From Octopus sinensis (taxonomy: Eukaryota): a DNA stretch of 64,000 bases. Made by a program: the position numbers and the translations under genes. The stretch is taken from contig NC_043008.1 of the NCBI RefSeq assembly GCF_006345805.1, forward strand, positions 48,236,001-48,300,000, written 5' to 3'. Under the pieces are notes generated by a model. The model had not been told where the DNA came from. It made no database searches and saw only the letters and a list, made by a program, of their open reading frames with translations. Shown in pieces: positions 12,315 through 25,774 of the stretch. Positions within the stretch are counted from its first letter, which is position 1, and every line of letters starts with the position of its first letter.

Positions 12315-12517
12315 GGAAGGTTTACGAAAATAAACAAAAGACGAAGGCAGGTGGAATACAAACAAACAAATGTATTAGTATGGCGCTCAGGAATAGAAAT
12401 AAAACAAGTCTTTTACGTTTCGAGCCTACGCTCTTCGACAGAACGATACACAGAAAAGAAACAAGGGGAGAAAGAAGGAGAGAAAAAAATGCGTGTAGGA
12501 GCTAACGGTCTATCAAT
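12315..12517 (-). mobile_element. Short Penelope-like fragment with HHR motif (12410-12445, CUGUCGA core)
   Basis: TT-CTGTCGA-A-GAGC-GTAG-GCTC-GAAA-CG-TA^AA. Same family as 1415-1600 and 38735-38912. Confidence 0.65.
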
Positions 12518-12672
12518 ATATATATTGACAGATGATACACCTATTTGATTATGAAGATTTACAAACATACTTTCTCAGTGAAACTCAATATACCTACCAT
12601 TATAAATAATACTAAATGTTCTTTTTCGGACTTTTCATAATGTGATACAAGTCTTTGGTGTAGCAATTGCAT

Positions 12673-12764
12673 GCGGCTGAAGAGGGCTTTAAACCATCTG
12701 TTATGTCGATTATACATTGATGTAAGAATAAGCTGTTTTATAAAGCTTGAAACACGTGTACCGC
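12673..12764 (+). ncRNA. Type I hammerhead ribozyme with extended stem II
   Basis: GCGG-CTGAAGA-GGGCTTTA...TAAAGCTT-GAAA-CACGTG-TA^CCGC. Palindromic stem III ACACGTGT. Lies in a TA-flanked segment of about 280 bp. Confidence 0.75.
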
Positions 12765-12798
12765 GATATCCTTTGTGTTCTGCTTTTTATTTCATTTG

Positions 12799-12853
<55 letters not shown>

Positions 12854-12857
<4 letters not shown>

Positions 12858-13066
12858 ATCCAAACATGAAAACACAAAGAGAAAACACAACAACGCGAGG
12901 ACGTGGAACAAATATAGTATTATTGGACGTTCAGGAAGGAAGGGAAGAAGGAGGGTTTAACGTTTCGAGCGGAGCTCTTCGTCAGAAATATAGGAGAAGG
13001 AAAGATCCAGAGAAGGGAAGACGGGGGAAAAAAATCGCCAACGGTACACACGCGGTCACATTCTGA
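12854..13066 (-). mobile_element. Short (TA)n-embedded Penelope-like fragment with minimal HHR (12956-12988)
   Basis: TTT-CTGACGA-A-GAGC-TCC-GCTC-GAAA-CG-TT^AAA. Long (TA)n on both sides. Confidence 0.7.
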
Positions 13067-13071
13067 ATATA

Positions 13072-13137
<66 letters not shown>

Positions 13138-13399
13138 TCGGTTCACGGACCCCCAGTACTACCTTTTTGGACACCAGGAGTCCCAGAGCCCGGGTTAGAA
13201 AGCACATGTCTACACCATAGAAATCTCTGGATGATTTAGAGAATCGCTAATGCGTATACGAATAATTGAATGCAGCATCAGAGCGCTTTAGCTGTTATTT
13301 CTAGCATTGTAGGTGTTCCAACAGCCTCCATCGTGTTTGATGAGAATTATTGTTATCCTTTTTGGTGATGCATTGCTAAACAGTTGACTGATTTAATTA

Positions 13400-13685
13400 T
13401 TTGGATGTGTGTGTACATATATATATATATATAAGAATAAAAGAATACATGTGTGTGTATATATGTGTATGTATGTATGCATACGTATATGTATATACAC
13501 ACATACACACACACATATATATATATACATGCACACATACATATATATACATGTACACATACATATATATATATATGCATACATATACATATATATACGC
13601 ATACATATACATATATATATATATGCATACATATACATATATATATATATGCATACATATATATATATATATGCATACATATACA

Positions 13686-13717
<32 letters not shown>

Positions 13718-14300
13718 CATGCATACATATATACATATACATGCATACATATATACATATACATGCATACATATATACATATATATATATACATGCATAC
13801 ATATATACATATATATATACATGCATACATATATACATATATATATATACATGCATACATATATACATATATATATACATGCATACATATATACATATAT
13901 ATATACATGCATACATATATACATATATATATATATATACATGCATACATATATGTATATATATACATGCATACATATATGTATATATATACATGCATAC
14001 ATATATACATACATATATATTAAAATTATATATATACAGCATACATATATATATATACATGCTTACATATATATATATATATATATATATGAATATAAGT
14101 ATGCATACATGTGTATATTTGTGAGGGTCTTTGCAAAAAAATCTACATACATATACTGTGTGCATATATATATGTGTGTGTGCGCGCATGCAAACACACA
14201 CATATATATATACATATATACATGTATGTACACACACATACTTTATAACATATATCGTATCTGTCAATATGTGTGTGCGTGTGTGTGTGTGTGTGTGTGT
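13400..14300. repeat. AT-rich minisatellite/microsatellite field (CATATATA...CATGCATA units)
   Basis: Recurrent ACATGCATACATATATAC units. Source of the spurious 200-300 aa Y/I/H/C ORFs. Confidence 0.95.
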
Positions 14301-15261
14301 GAATCGGCGTAATGTGATATGTACAGTTCAGATAATGTTATGTAATATAATATAGTGCGCAATATAACCGAGTCAATATTTCTTTATTTGATGGAGTAAA
14401 TACATAAAACCAAAGATTATTTAATATAAAAGAGAAACTCCTGACAAAAGATTGGAAGGAAAAAAAAACAGGTCCCGGTTTATTGATGTTCAACGGTTGA
14501 CGCCTCCATTCAGTTGGACTCTTTCAACAACTCAACTTTTATCTGTTCTTTAGACACGTTAAAAATAGCAGCCAAACCTCCCTCAAAACACAAGTGATCT
14601 CGCAAACAAAGAATACATGAGATCAGGTTGTCTGGTTGAAAACGGGCGGGAGGGTCATGGCTAGAGTGCTTTTGATCATAGGTCTTCTGGTTTGTGAGTG
14701 ACCAAGAATAAATATAGTTTATAATGATTTAAAGTCAGTCTAAAATAATCACACTTTACTATTACACTTTTATACAGCAGGCGTCCCAAGGCAACTTTTC
14801 GCCAGACCTCAACAAAACTCTCTCTCTCTCCCTCCCTCCCCCCTTAGTCCTGCTCTCTCTCTTTCTCCCTCTCTCTTTTCCCTTTCTCAATCCTCTCTCC
14901 CTTTCTCAATCATCTCTTCTTTATCTCTCTCCCTCTCTCTCCCTCTCTCTCATTTCTCTCTGTCTCCTCTTTCTCGTCGTAGCTTCGCTAAGGAGGCATG
15001 ATAAGCCACAAACATGTTCAATGTTGTTTCCCTTTACTAAACACAGACTAAACACACGAACACTAACATAATCGACATTTAATAAATTTTAATTATTTTA
15101 ATTAACTAAATATAAGAGTTGTCTCCTCCTGTCTTTATCAATAATAATTTAGCTAATTAGTGACCAGTAAGGATGTCATTAATTGAATTTTCATAACTTC
15201 CTGCATCAAGTGTGTGTGTGTGTATGTGTGTGTGTGTGTTTGAAATATCTTCTCTCTTTTA

Positions 15262-15570
15262 TCATTCACTTGCTTCAGTCATTAGAAGAATGCGGCCATG
15301 CTGGGGCAGTGCGTCCGAGAGTTTTAGTCGAATGAAGTGATCCTTAAGGCTTCTACTTATTCCAGCGGTCTCATTTGCTGAGCCTCTAAGTCGCGAGGAC
15401 GTAACACACCAACACCGGTTACCAAGCGGTGAGGGCGGAACAACCACTGACCTGGACGGGCTTCTTTGGTCAGCCAAGGGCTGTAGAAGAATACACTTGC
15501 TCAAGGTTCCACGCAGCGGGACTGAACCCGGAACCATGTGGTTGGAAACGTCTTACCACGCAACCGTCGC
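15262..15570 (-). mobile_element. SINE family A, diverged copy
   Basis: Shares GCGGCCATGCTGG...GGACTGAACCCGGAACCATGTGGTTGG with 853-1196. Confidence 0.8.
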
Positions 15571-17157
15571 TGAGTGACAACATGCGCGCATGCTCACTGG
15601 CGCCCACATCCACACTCACACGCACATGTAGAGACATACGCACACGCATATCCACACGAACAGACACATACAAGCATACACACACACACACACATAGACA
15701 CATGCATACAGATCTACATATACATACAAACACATGTACACACGCAAATATACACACAGACACATTCGAAAACGGATTTATTTCTAAAATTTCTTTTACT
15801 GATTGTTTTAAATATCATCAAAAAGCGTTCCAATCATGACTACACCGTCCTTTCGTGAAGATGGAGTTGCATATTGGAGGAAATTTAGTTGCTATTTCTA
15901 GCAGTTCGTGTAACTCGATAGAGACTGGCGGGTCAGATGAACGAAATGGCCAAGAAAACACTGGTTATCTCCCTTACATCAGTCGTTTCATTTTCCCTGG
16001 TTTTTCACGAATCAAGAATCCCCGGCTCTACCAGTCATTCCTTCGGTCTCGTATTAATGTGTTCCCATCAACAGAAATGCATTAATGCCGCAACTTCCAT
16101 TCACTTCTTCCCACTTTATCTCCTCTCCGCATAAGATTTAAAAAAACATTTTAGAAGAACTGTGCACATTCGGTTCTGATTTGGAGAACATAGAGGCACA
16201 TGTGCCTCAGCCTGTTTTTAGCTAGTGTGCCGCAGTACATATGTGTATTATATATGTTTCATGAGTGTGCCGCGAATTTGTACAGGTATGCTTAGAGATT
16301 TTAGTTCGAGTGTATTTCGTTCCGGGAAAACTCAAATGCGTCCAACGCTGACATGGAACAGTTTTTAATGCAGGGATTTGAGTGGTTTTTAAACAAGGAG
16401 AAAGTCACAAAGCGATTTCGGGACGATTATCAAATTGATTGAAACTAACAGAATACACACGTGTGTGTGTGTGTGTGTGTGTGTTTGCGCGCGCGAGCTC
16501 ATCTTTCTATGTATATGTCTGTCCATATGCGAGCGAATGTATATAGCTATTTATATACGTATATACTTATTTTTATTTATATATATATATGCGTGTATAT
16601 ATGTGTGTGTATGTGTGCGAGTATACACACACATACATACATACATACATACATACATACATACATACATACATTAAACGGCATAGTGGTGGCCCCGATC
16701 CAGGAGTTCCAGGGTCTTGGGGAAAGTGGACCCACGTCTGAGCTATTATTATTCCTGGGTCTTCTCTGGTCAAAAGTAGTGAAACCTGTCAGGGTCCCAG
16801 TCATGGCAAAAACTAATAAATTGACAACTTGGCGTGGAGGGACCCCTAATTCTCATTAGAACTTCCTTCCTGTTAGGTAAACTCTAATAAAAAAAAAGAA
16901 CAAAAGAACTTGAACGGTAGTTGGTCCCTTGTCATCTCAACTCCTGTTGTGCCACTGGTTTTATCCTGAAAACTGGGTTCAGTGCTGTGCGGCACTTTAT
17001 TCACTCAGAACAAATTCTTGCACAGGGAATCCTTGGATTCTTGGAACTTGCAGAGTGTAGGAAGTGGTCTTACTCGGTCACCATTTGGCTGCTGCCATAT
17101 TAATATATGTGTGTATGTATATATGAATGTATGCATGAGTGTATATGTATATGTATT

Positions 17158-17218
<61 letters not shown>

Positions 17219-17219
17219 C

Positions 17220-19665
17220 TTTTTTAAATAGATTTTTGGTCAGTTTTTATACGAAAACAAATTCATTTTATTAGTAACAATAAAGTACAAAGAAACAAAG
17301 AAACAAAAGAAGTTGGGTGGAGGGGGTTAAACAGCAGAAGAGGGGGGCAATGGGGTCGCACCCTCTAGAACAAAGTGTGTTCGCTGGCAGCCCGCAGTAA
17401 TGACCGTGATGGTGCTACGTCAGAGAATGGTCAGTGACACTCGCTACCGCTGCCGCTCCACTCCGAGGGGCTCGTTTCTCAAACGGGCCGCTGTGATCCC
17501 GGTTTTGCCGAGGAAATCGGTTGCGCGGTGAACAAGAGCACCTGAGAACCCGACGAGGACTGACACACACTGATAGCGGTCAGTCAGGCTCCTGTATTTT
17601 TATATTTTTCTCTCCTTTGTGTTTTGGGTGGCAATACCCAGACTTGAGGCCGATGCAACAAGGTCGGGGCCAGAGAACGTGTCGCTGCACGTTGCGTCCG
17701 AGACTAGGGACCTGCCCTCGTCGTATGGGAAGAGAAGGACTCTTCTGCCGTGACGCTTACCGTCCCCGACCTACTGACTCCCGCTGAGACGGGAACCCAG
17801 CCGCGTTGAGGCCACTTCTAATTATGTCATTCAGTGCGGTGTGTCGGGGGAACCGGCTTATGCTATGGCTGCAGAATAAGGGATGCAGGCCGAATTCATC
17901 GGCTACCACTCCGTAAGAGCATTTATGCGACTCACACACGCGGAGACCGAGACGTCGGGCCACTCCGATACTCGTGCACTTATCATCTAGAAGAATACCG
18001 GTAAATGGGGAGGGAATTGAGCCGGGTTCGGCTGTTTGATTGCGAAGTGGAATGGAGGCAGGCGAGGCGCCCGAAGGCTGGCGTCTGATGTCATCCCAGT
18101 TACGTTGGACATTTGTATTCTGGGGGACCGGTCCAATCGATTAGAGCTGACTCCAGTTTCTGGGCCACAGCTGGATCGGCCATTCTATGAAGTATCTCAC
18201 CGATGAGGACACGGTTGGAAGAGACCAAAGATAGGTCGTTAGAGTCAGGTCTAATGCGGAACGGAGACCAAGGCCACCGAATCTAAAAAGCAGTTCAGCC
18301 TGTTGCCAGCCGACGCTCTTGAAACTGACATTACAGATCAGTTCAGCATTGAACGGGGTTACCGATATCACTGCGGTGGTCTCTGAGAGGGAGACATGGC
18401 GCACTGCGCAGCGAGAAAAGGAGTTTAGGAAGGGCTGAGCAATTCCTGAAGAAGAAGAAGAGCACTGAGTGCCCGTCTATCCCGAATAAGGCCGCAAGCT
18501 TGGTCCTCAGGCACTCCGTTGTCGCTTTCGGGAGGACTGCGGAACCAAGAATGCAGATGGCGTCTCTAGGCGTTAAACACGCCCCAACCAAGATGGACAA
18601 GAGACTGAGTACTAAGTCCTAGAATTCAGCGTCACCATAGCTCATGTTTATCACCTCTGATTTGGACGGGTTGATCTCAAGCCCGAGAAGCTTTGAGGAT
18701 GGAATAATCTGCTGACGGTCCCCAACACCAGACTCAGCCGAGCTACCCAGGGTCGCATCATCAAGGAAGCAGACAACATCATCGAAGCCAACGCAAAAAG
18801 GAACGGACCAAGAAAGTTACTTTGCTGGACACCTCTAGAAGAAGCGATCCTGTTGTCAGCAGCCATGAGTGATCGGCGTGTACCATAGGAAAGGTATGAA
18901 AGTGGGTGGAAGGAGGGGAACGCGTCTTAGACACGTCTTCAAGATGCGGCCACGCTCTGTTGAGGGCCTTTTTTTAAATCCAGTTCCTGTTGGAAAGTGA
19001 TGAGGGAGGTGTTTGCTGTATGAAACGTCTGGCACCCTTGACTCCTCTTGACGGGGCTGAGTGCCTCGCTCAGGTCATCCTTTGACTCATTTACAATCTA
19101 ACCTGTCCGTAAGGCGTCAAAAGACGTCGCCCACCGGTCTCGGACGGGTGCCTCCGTCCTTCTTCAATGCAATCAGGTTGACCTCGAAGAGAAGATCTCG
19201 GGTATGGCGGGGGAGGTGTGCGTGAAGAAGCCTATCAGAGCAATGATGGATCGATACCAGCATGCTTCCGCGTCGGCGGTGTGTGGCGAGATTAATTTCT
19301 GAGCTGTCGCGGGCCATCAACTCCACCACCGCTGGTCGCAGGGAACGATATCAAGGCAGCAGCCACGCCATCACTGGACACGGTGAAGGACGAATCTCTG
19401 TCAGGGATTCCGAAATCTGCCGGAAAGTCTGGATGCTTAAGCCAGAACATGAGCTGTAGGTTCGAATACTGTGTTGCTTGAGGCCAGCATACGCAGAAAC
19501 GTTGCCCTTGGTTAGTTTGCAATTGGCCTGTAAGCGAAGCCTTTTTACACAATCGGAAGGGGCCTGCATGCACGGCGTCGGCGGGCAGCCCGAGAGAAGC
19601 AAGAGGCTAGTTGGTGAGGGGTGGCTGAAGGTAAAGACGTTGTATCTAAGCCTCAAAGTCAAGGA
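17220..19665 (-). mobile_element. Degenerate CRE-clade (restriction-like endonuclease) non-LTR retrotransposon
   Basis: Frameshifted fragments in the correct order: GGVDG, LIALKKDGGTRP.PVG, SSRGVQQ..LGPFLFALA, WQQA.L..RFGGLGLRSA, RRLGL..C..HKC...H...C and RH..LNDII. AATAAA near the 3' end at about 17270. Bounded by (GA)n and (TA)n. Confidence 0.75.
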
Positions 19666-19668
19666 CAA

Positions 19669-19704
<36 letters not shown>

Positions 19705-19780
19705 GACAGGATTCTTCCAGTTTCCGTAATCATGCAGTGGAACTGAACCCAGATCCATGTGGTTGAGAAGCAAGCTTCTT

Positions 19781-22633
19781 ATCATCATCATCATCATCAT
19801 CATCGTTTAGCGTCCGTTTTCCATGCTAGCATGGGTTGGATGGGTCAACTGGGGTCTGTGAAGCTGGAAGGCTTCGTCAGGCCCAGTCAGATCTGGCAGT
19901 GTTTCTACGGCTGGATGCCCTTCCTAACGCCAACCACTCCGCGAGTGTAGTGGGTGTTTTTTACGTGCCACCTGCACAGGTGCCAGACAGAGCTGGTGAA
20001 CGGCCACGAACGGATGGTGCTTTTACGTGTCACCCGCTCGGGGCCAGGCGATGCTGGCAACGGACACGAACGGATGGTGCTTTTACGTGCCACCGACACG
20101 GGGCCAGACAGAGCTGGCAACCGGCCACGAACGGACGGTGCTTTTACGTGTCACCGGCACGGGGGCCAGCCGAGGCTGGCAACGGATGCGAACGGATGGT
20201 GCTTTTACGTGCCACCGACACGGTTGCCAGACAGAGCTGGCAAACGGCCACGAACGGATGGTGCTTTTACGTGCCACCGACACGGGGCCAGACAGAGCTG
20301 GCCAACGGCCACGAACGGACGGTGCTTTTACGTGTCACCGGCACGGGGCCAGGCGAGGCTGGCAACGAACACGAACGGATGGTGCTTTTACGTGCCACCG
20401 ACACGGGGCCAGCCAGAGCTGGCAAACGGCCACAAGCGAATGGTGCTTTTACGTATCACCGGCACGGGTGCCAGACGAGGCTGACAGCGGACACGAACAG
20501 ATGGGTCACTTAACCCCTGCTTTCTGATATATGATTTGATTTTGATTGTTCTCACTGGTCTTGCCGGGTCTTCTCACGCACAGCATACTTCCATAGGTCT
20601 CGGTCTCTGGTCATTTCCTTGGTGAGACCTAGAGTTCGAAGGTCGTGCTTCACCACCTCGACCCAGGTTTTCCTGGGTCTACCTCTTCCACAGGTCCCCT
20701 CAACTGCCAGGGTGTGGCACTTTTTCACACACCTATCTTCATCCATTCTCACCACATGACCATACCAGCGCAATCGTCTCTCTTGCACACAACATCTGAT
20801 TCCTCTTAGGTCCAACTTTTCTCTCAAGGTACTTACACTCTGTCGACTATGAACACTGACATTACACATCCAACGGAGCATACTAGCTTCATTTCTCGCG
20901 AGCTTACGCATGTCCTCAGCAGTCACGGCCCATGTTCACTGCCATGTAGCATGGCTGTTCGTACACATGCATCATACAGTCTGCCTTTTACTCTGAGCGA
21001 GAGGCCTTTAGTCACCAACAGAGGTAAGAGCTCCCTAAACTTTGCCCAGGCTATTCTTACTCTAGCCGTTACACTTTCAGCACACCCACCCCCACTACTG
21101 ACTTGGTCACCAAGATAACGGAAGCTATCAACCACTTCTAGTTTTTCCCCTGGAAAGTGACGGAAGTTGTTTTCTGCAGATTTTCAGAGGTTAATGCTCC
21201 CGAGCATCTGCCACATACAAAAACCATCTTCCTAGTGAGCCTTCCTATGACATTGCTGCACCTCTTATGTGTCCATAGCTTACACTTGGTGCATCTTATA
21301 GAGTTTCTACCTACACCTTTTCTACAGATCGAGCAGGGCCATCTACCTGAAGGCGTTGTGATTTGTCTACCTTCCTACTTATTACGACTTTGGTTTTAGC
21401 TAGGTTGACTCTAAGGCCCTTCGATTCTAAACCATGCTTCCACACCTGAAACTTCTTCTCCAGTTCTGATAATGACTCAGCAATTAGAGCAAGGTCATCA
21501 GCATAGAGGAGCTCCCAGGGGCATCCTGTCTTGAATTCCTCCGTTATTGCCTGGAGGACTATGATAAATAGGAGGGGGCTGAGGACTGAGCCTTGGTGGA
21601 CCCCTACCTCTACCCGGAATTCTTCACTGTACTCATTTCCAACCCTCACCTTACTAGCAGCGTCCCTGTACATGGCTTGCACAGCTCTCACTAACCATTC
21701 TTCTATTCCTAGTTTCCTCATTGACCACCATATGAGGGATCGGGGGACCCTGTCGAAGGCTTTCTCCATGTCAACAAAAGCCAGGTACATGGCCTTATCT
21801 TTGGCTAGGTATTTCTCCTGCAGCTGCCTTACCAGGAATATAGCATCAGTGGTACTTTTCCCTGGCACGAAACCAAACTGCATCTCATCTAAACTAACTC
21901 TCTCTCTAATTAGTTGGCTTATGACCCTCTCTGTAACCTTCATCACCTGATCCAACAGCTTGATACCTCTGTAATTATTTGTATCTAGGGCATCACCTTT
22001 ACCTTTGTAGCAGTTGACTATTATGCTGCTACACCAGTCATGGGTATGACTCCTTCATGTATCACCTGATTAACTATACAGGTGACTAGGCTATAGCCGA
22101 CACTACCAGATATTTTGAGCATCTCTGCAGTGATACCTGATGGGCCTGGGGCTTTCCCTGTCTTCATGCTTCTAATTGCCTTAGCTACTAAGGAACTATC
22201 AACCCTGGTAGCTGGTCCCTCTGTTGGGTCAACGTTCGGCAGACTCTCTTTATCCCATTCATTTTCTTTATTCAGCAACCTTTCATAGTGGCATCTCCAA
22301 GCCTCTCTCTTTGCATCCTCGTTTAGCGCAAGTGAACCATCTTCCATGCGAACACACTTCTCTCCCACCACATCACAATTCTCTCTCACACACTGTCTTG
22401 CAACGCGAAACACCTCCAGTCTTTGGTCCTCACGGCGCAGAACATTGGCAAATTTTTTCTTATCTGCTTCCCCTCTGGCTAGATAGACCTGTCTCCTAGC
22501 TTCCCTTTTAGCAGTCTGATACAATTCCCTGCTACCACCATTCTTCCAGTGCTTCCAAGTCTGTCTCTTTTCTCTAATAGCCCTGTCTACGACACTGTTC
22601 CACCACTACGTTACCTTGGGACGAGAGGGGACT
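19781..22633 (-). mobile_element. 5'-truncated, frameshifted RTE-clade LINE with RT domain, 3' UTR and (GAT)n tail
   Basis: ORF fragments with KAPGPSGI, QFGF.PGKSTTDAIF, FVDMEKAFDRV, GVHQGSVLSPLLF, LLYADD, FRYLG, RLRWYGHV.RM and GRGRPRKTW. No APE domain seen. (CAT)n on the plus strand at 19781-19803. Confidence 0.95.
19955..20505 (-). repeat. About 9 copies of a ~61-bp tandem repeat in the RTE 3' UTR
   Basis: Recurrent GAACGGATGGTGCTTTTACGTG(C/T)CACCG(A/G)CACGGGGCCAG...GCTGGCAACGG. Confidence 0.95.
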
Positions 22634-22635
22634 TA

Positions 22636-22681
<46 letters not shown>

Positions 22682-25600
22682 ATTTAAAATGGAAATGAAA
22701 TTATGCTACAATACAAGTTCAATCGTTTAGCTTTTCTTCCCACCATTCTTCGTTATCTTTTAACGAACTCTGAAAACGCAGCCATTATTTCCAAACAGTC
22801 CGATTGTTGTGCAGAAGATATGAAAATAATAACTTTGTATTAAGCATTGATGAGAGACTGATTATTCATAAAACTGATATCGTTTTATTCACTGGTTTTT
22901 CGCATCAATCATCTCAGCTTGCAGCTTTGTTGAGACTTTTGTGTTCCAATCGAGAAGAAAGCACTAAAAAAAAACCGCTGTGTCTCAAGTTGCTAAATAA
23001 ATAATTGGGAAAGACAGAGCTATAACAAAAAGAATAGTTTAGATTTGGAGAGTGTCTCTATGTTCTTATGAGGTCCGTGCTTTTCCATTTTCTTGCTTGT
23101 TCCTAACAGAGAAGATTCGGTCAACACTGTTTGTCGCTTTCACCCAGCAAAGCCAACTTTTAATACATAATTTTCGCAACTTCATTGGAGCGTTGAGAAT
23201 TATCATTTGAAACAAACTTCATCCAAGTCGTAATCTTCATTTATTTCCTTCGTTAATTCCAGCAGCTGCCGCTACGCTTGTTAAATTTTATACAACGCTC
23301 GCCAAATACAGTAAAATACGGTGAAATAGAGTTTGAAAACCGAGTCAATGGAGATGAGTTACAAAATAAAATCTGCAAGCGATTTAAATGCATAGAACTC
23401 CCCAAGTATTTGTATCATATTTTTAAGTTTTCGTACTCAACGACTCTACAAACTCGCAGTCGACTGGTAAACATTCCCGATGAATATTTTGTGCCTCTTG
23501 TCCGTGAATTTCGCTTCAGTACTGTTTTCAAGAAAGACCTTAGCTCCATGAAATAATGCTTTGGGAAGTTGATAAATTGTTGCCATTACACAGAAAAAAT
23601 TATGCTGTCACTTTGGTGTGTGATCAACACGAGAGATTTCTGGATGACATACTTAGCATTGTAAATGTATTTTTTCAAAATTATTATTTTAATAAGAATA
23701 ACCAAGTTTCATTTTATGTCTCAGTAAATAATAAGAAGAAACCAAAAATAAGCAATGATTAAATAAAGCACGTCGATCACCCACCAAAATAAATTTGCTC
23801 ACGTAGATCACACGCCAAAGTAGCACCAACACAAAGTAAGCTAGAAAGTAACCTCCAGTTATCTCCCTTTAAATTGTTGTGGCAACAGAATTACTCGGTC
23901 ATTTCAATCAATTGAAACATTATAAATCTTCCCTGTGCCCGAAATAAGAATGTAAACACGGTCTTCCTATATTGTTCATGTGCATGAAAAAGAGGAATCT
24001 GATGTGTCTGCTCAACAACAGTATAGTTTACAATCTTGTTTCAGCCACAGTAAGGCTCTATAATATTCCAGTTTAGATTTGCGCTGCATTGTACATAAAA
24101 AGTATTTTCTAAGTACAAATATAAAGACCTTCTGTAATATTGAGTTTTAACATAGTCACATGGCTGTGTATTTGGAGAGTTAGGTGGTATAAGGGTTCAA
24201 ATCAACCCCAGTCCTTTATTTGTACATATTTTATCGATCCCGGAAGGATAAAATGTAAATACAACTTTCGTAGTCACGGGACGTAAAGAGGCGCAACTAA
24301 ACACTACAAAGTGCTCTGCCGGCGGTTGTCATTTCGCAGTCTTTATAAGATCGTTCAAAACGGAACACTGAAAGAACAAAGGTAGAATCAGGTGCAGCAG
24401 AGGACAGAGCTAAAAGAAAAACCTGTTAAGTTTATAAGAATGAAAGATGTATTGGGACAAATGAAATGAACTTGTGTAGAAATGAGAAAACAGGGATCGT
24501 AATACGACGCTGACATTGAGGTATTTTCTAATGACGGGTTCGACTTGACGATTCTGGTTGCTAGAACAGTTAATCCTTGCAATTTGAAACCAGCCAAAAT
24601 AGAAAAACAAAAGCGATGTTGGCAGTTTGTTAAAATGTGTTAATTATAATTAAATTTGATTAGCTGCTACAACACTTCTGAAAGAATTCTTTTACCAAAA
24701 GAAAACTCGAATGATTTGTTTTGATTGTGTCACAAAGGAGATTAAAGCAGTCGAGTTGTCAGGAATATCTTTGGTTGGAATAATTAAAGAAATTTAGTTC
24801 CTGCACACATGAGATTATTTTCATAATAGTAATTTAGAATGGTACTAAATGTAAATACAATTTTACTCTTAGTAAATACAAAAAGAAATAAAACTAATTT
24901 TAACGTTCCAACAATGTTCCGAGTTAAATTGATTAGTCGCCATCTTAGATGTCAGAAACGTTGATTAAAGTCAGAATCTATAAAAGCTGAAACAAGACAC
25001 CATGTTGCTTCTGTATCTGCTGCGGTGTCGTTATTGCACTTACATAGAGTTTTTCTACATAACAGAGACTGAATTTTCTTAACCAACTACTCAGAGTTTC
25101 ACTTTGCCGAGTATTCAAACAAGCGACAATGGGAAACAGTACGACAATCCAAAAGCAAAAACATTTATAAATAAATCAAAACAAAAATTAGTCACTGGGG
25201 TTTCATTGGTTGCTGAAAAACGTTAAAAAATATGCCCCGCATTCATCTATTCAATTGTTACACGCGAAATACCTGAGACATTTGCAAAAACATATTTTCA
25301 TGCGTTCAGTAAAACACACAAGAGTCTCGAAGGTGTCTATTCTTAATGCTGCTTAAGTGTTGCTGAATAATTTAGTGTTTCTTGCTCCAATGCGTCACCA
25401 ATTTTCAGGGTATGGAGGGTCCATTCTATGAAATAAACCATTTTAATCAGTCGGGATTTAAACATTCCTTAATAATATTGGTGGAAGTGTCTGCAAGTAT
25501 TCATAAATTCTGATCTTTTTTTTTATCAAACTTACAAAAGCATGTAATACAATGCAATTTTTCGGAGAGACAAAAATCACACCTGATGAAACAATTAAGG

Positions 25601-25774
25601 TAGGAATATGCGTACAAGACGCAGACAAGTCAAAAATCATTCGCACTTTCGCCAAAACTTTTTTTGTAAGTTGGCCGCATTGCCCTCAGCGTTTACGTGC
25701 TAAAAAGTGAAATTCATGTGGTTATGTAACCGAGGTTTGACCTTCATCGCTCCAGTTTCCTTTCTTGTCTTACA

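Noticed and set aside
13353-14312. 200-300 aa ORFs rich in Y/I/C/M/H
   Set aside because: Translations of TA/CA microsatellites, open in most frames.
19955-20505. CRISPR-like regularly spaced repeats
   Set aside because: The intervening segments are homologous to each other rather than unique spacers, there are no cas genes, and the array lies in a eukaryotic LINE 3' UTR.
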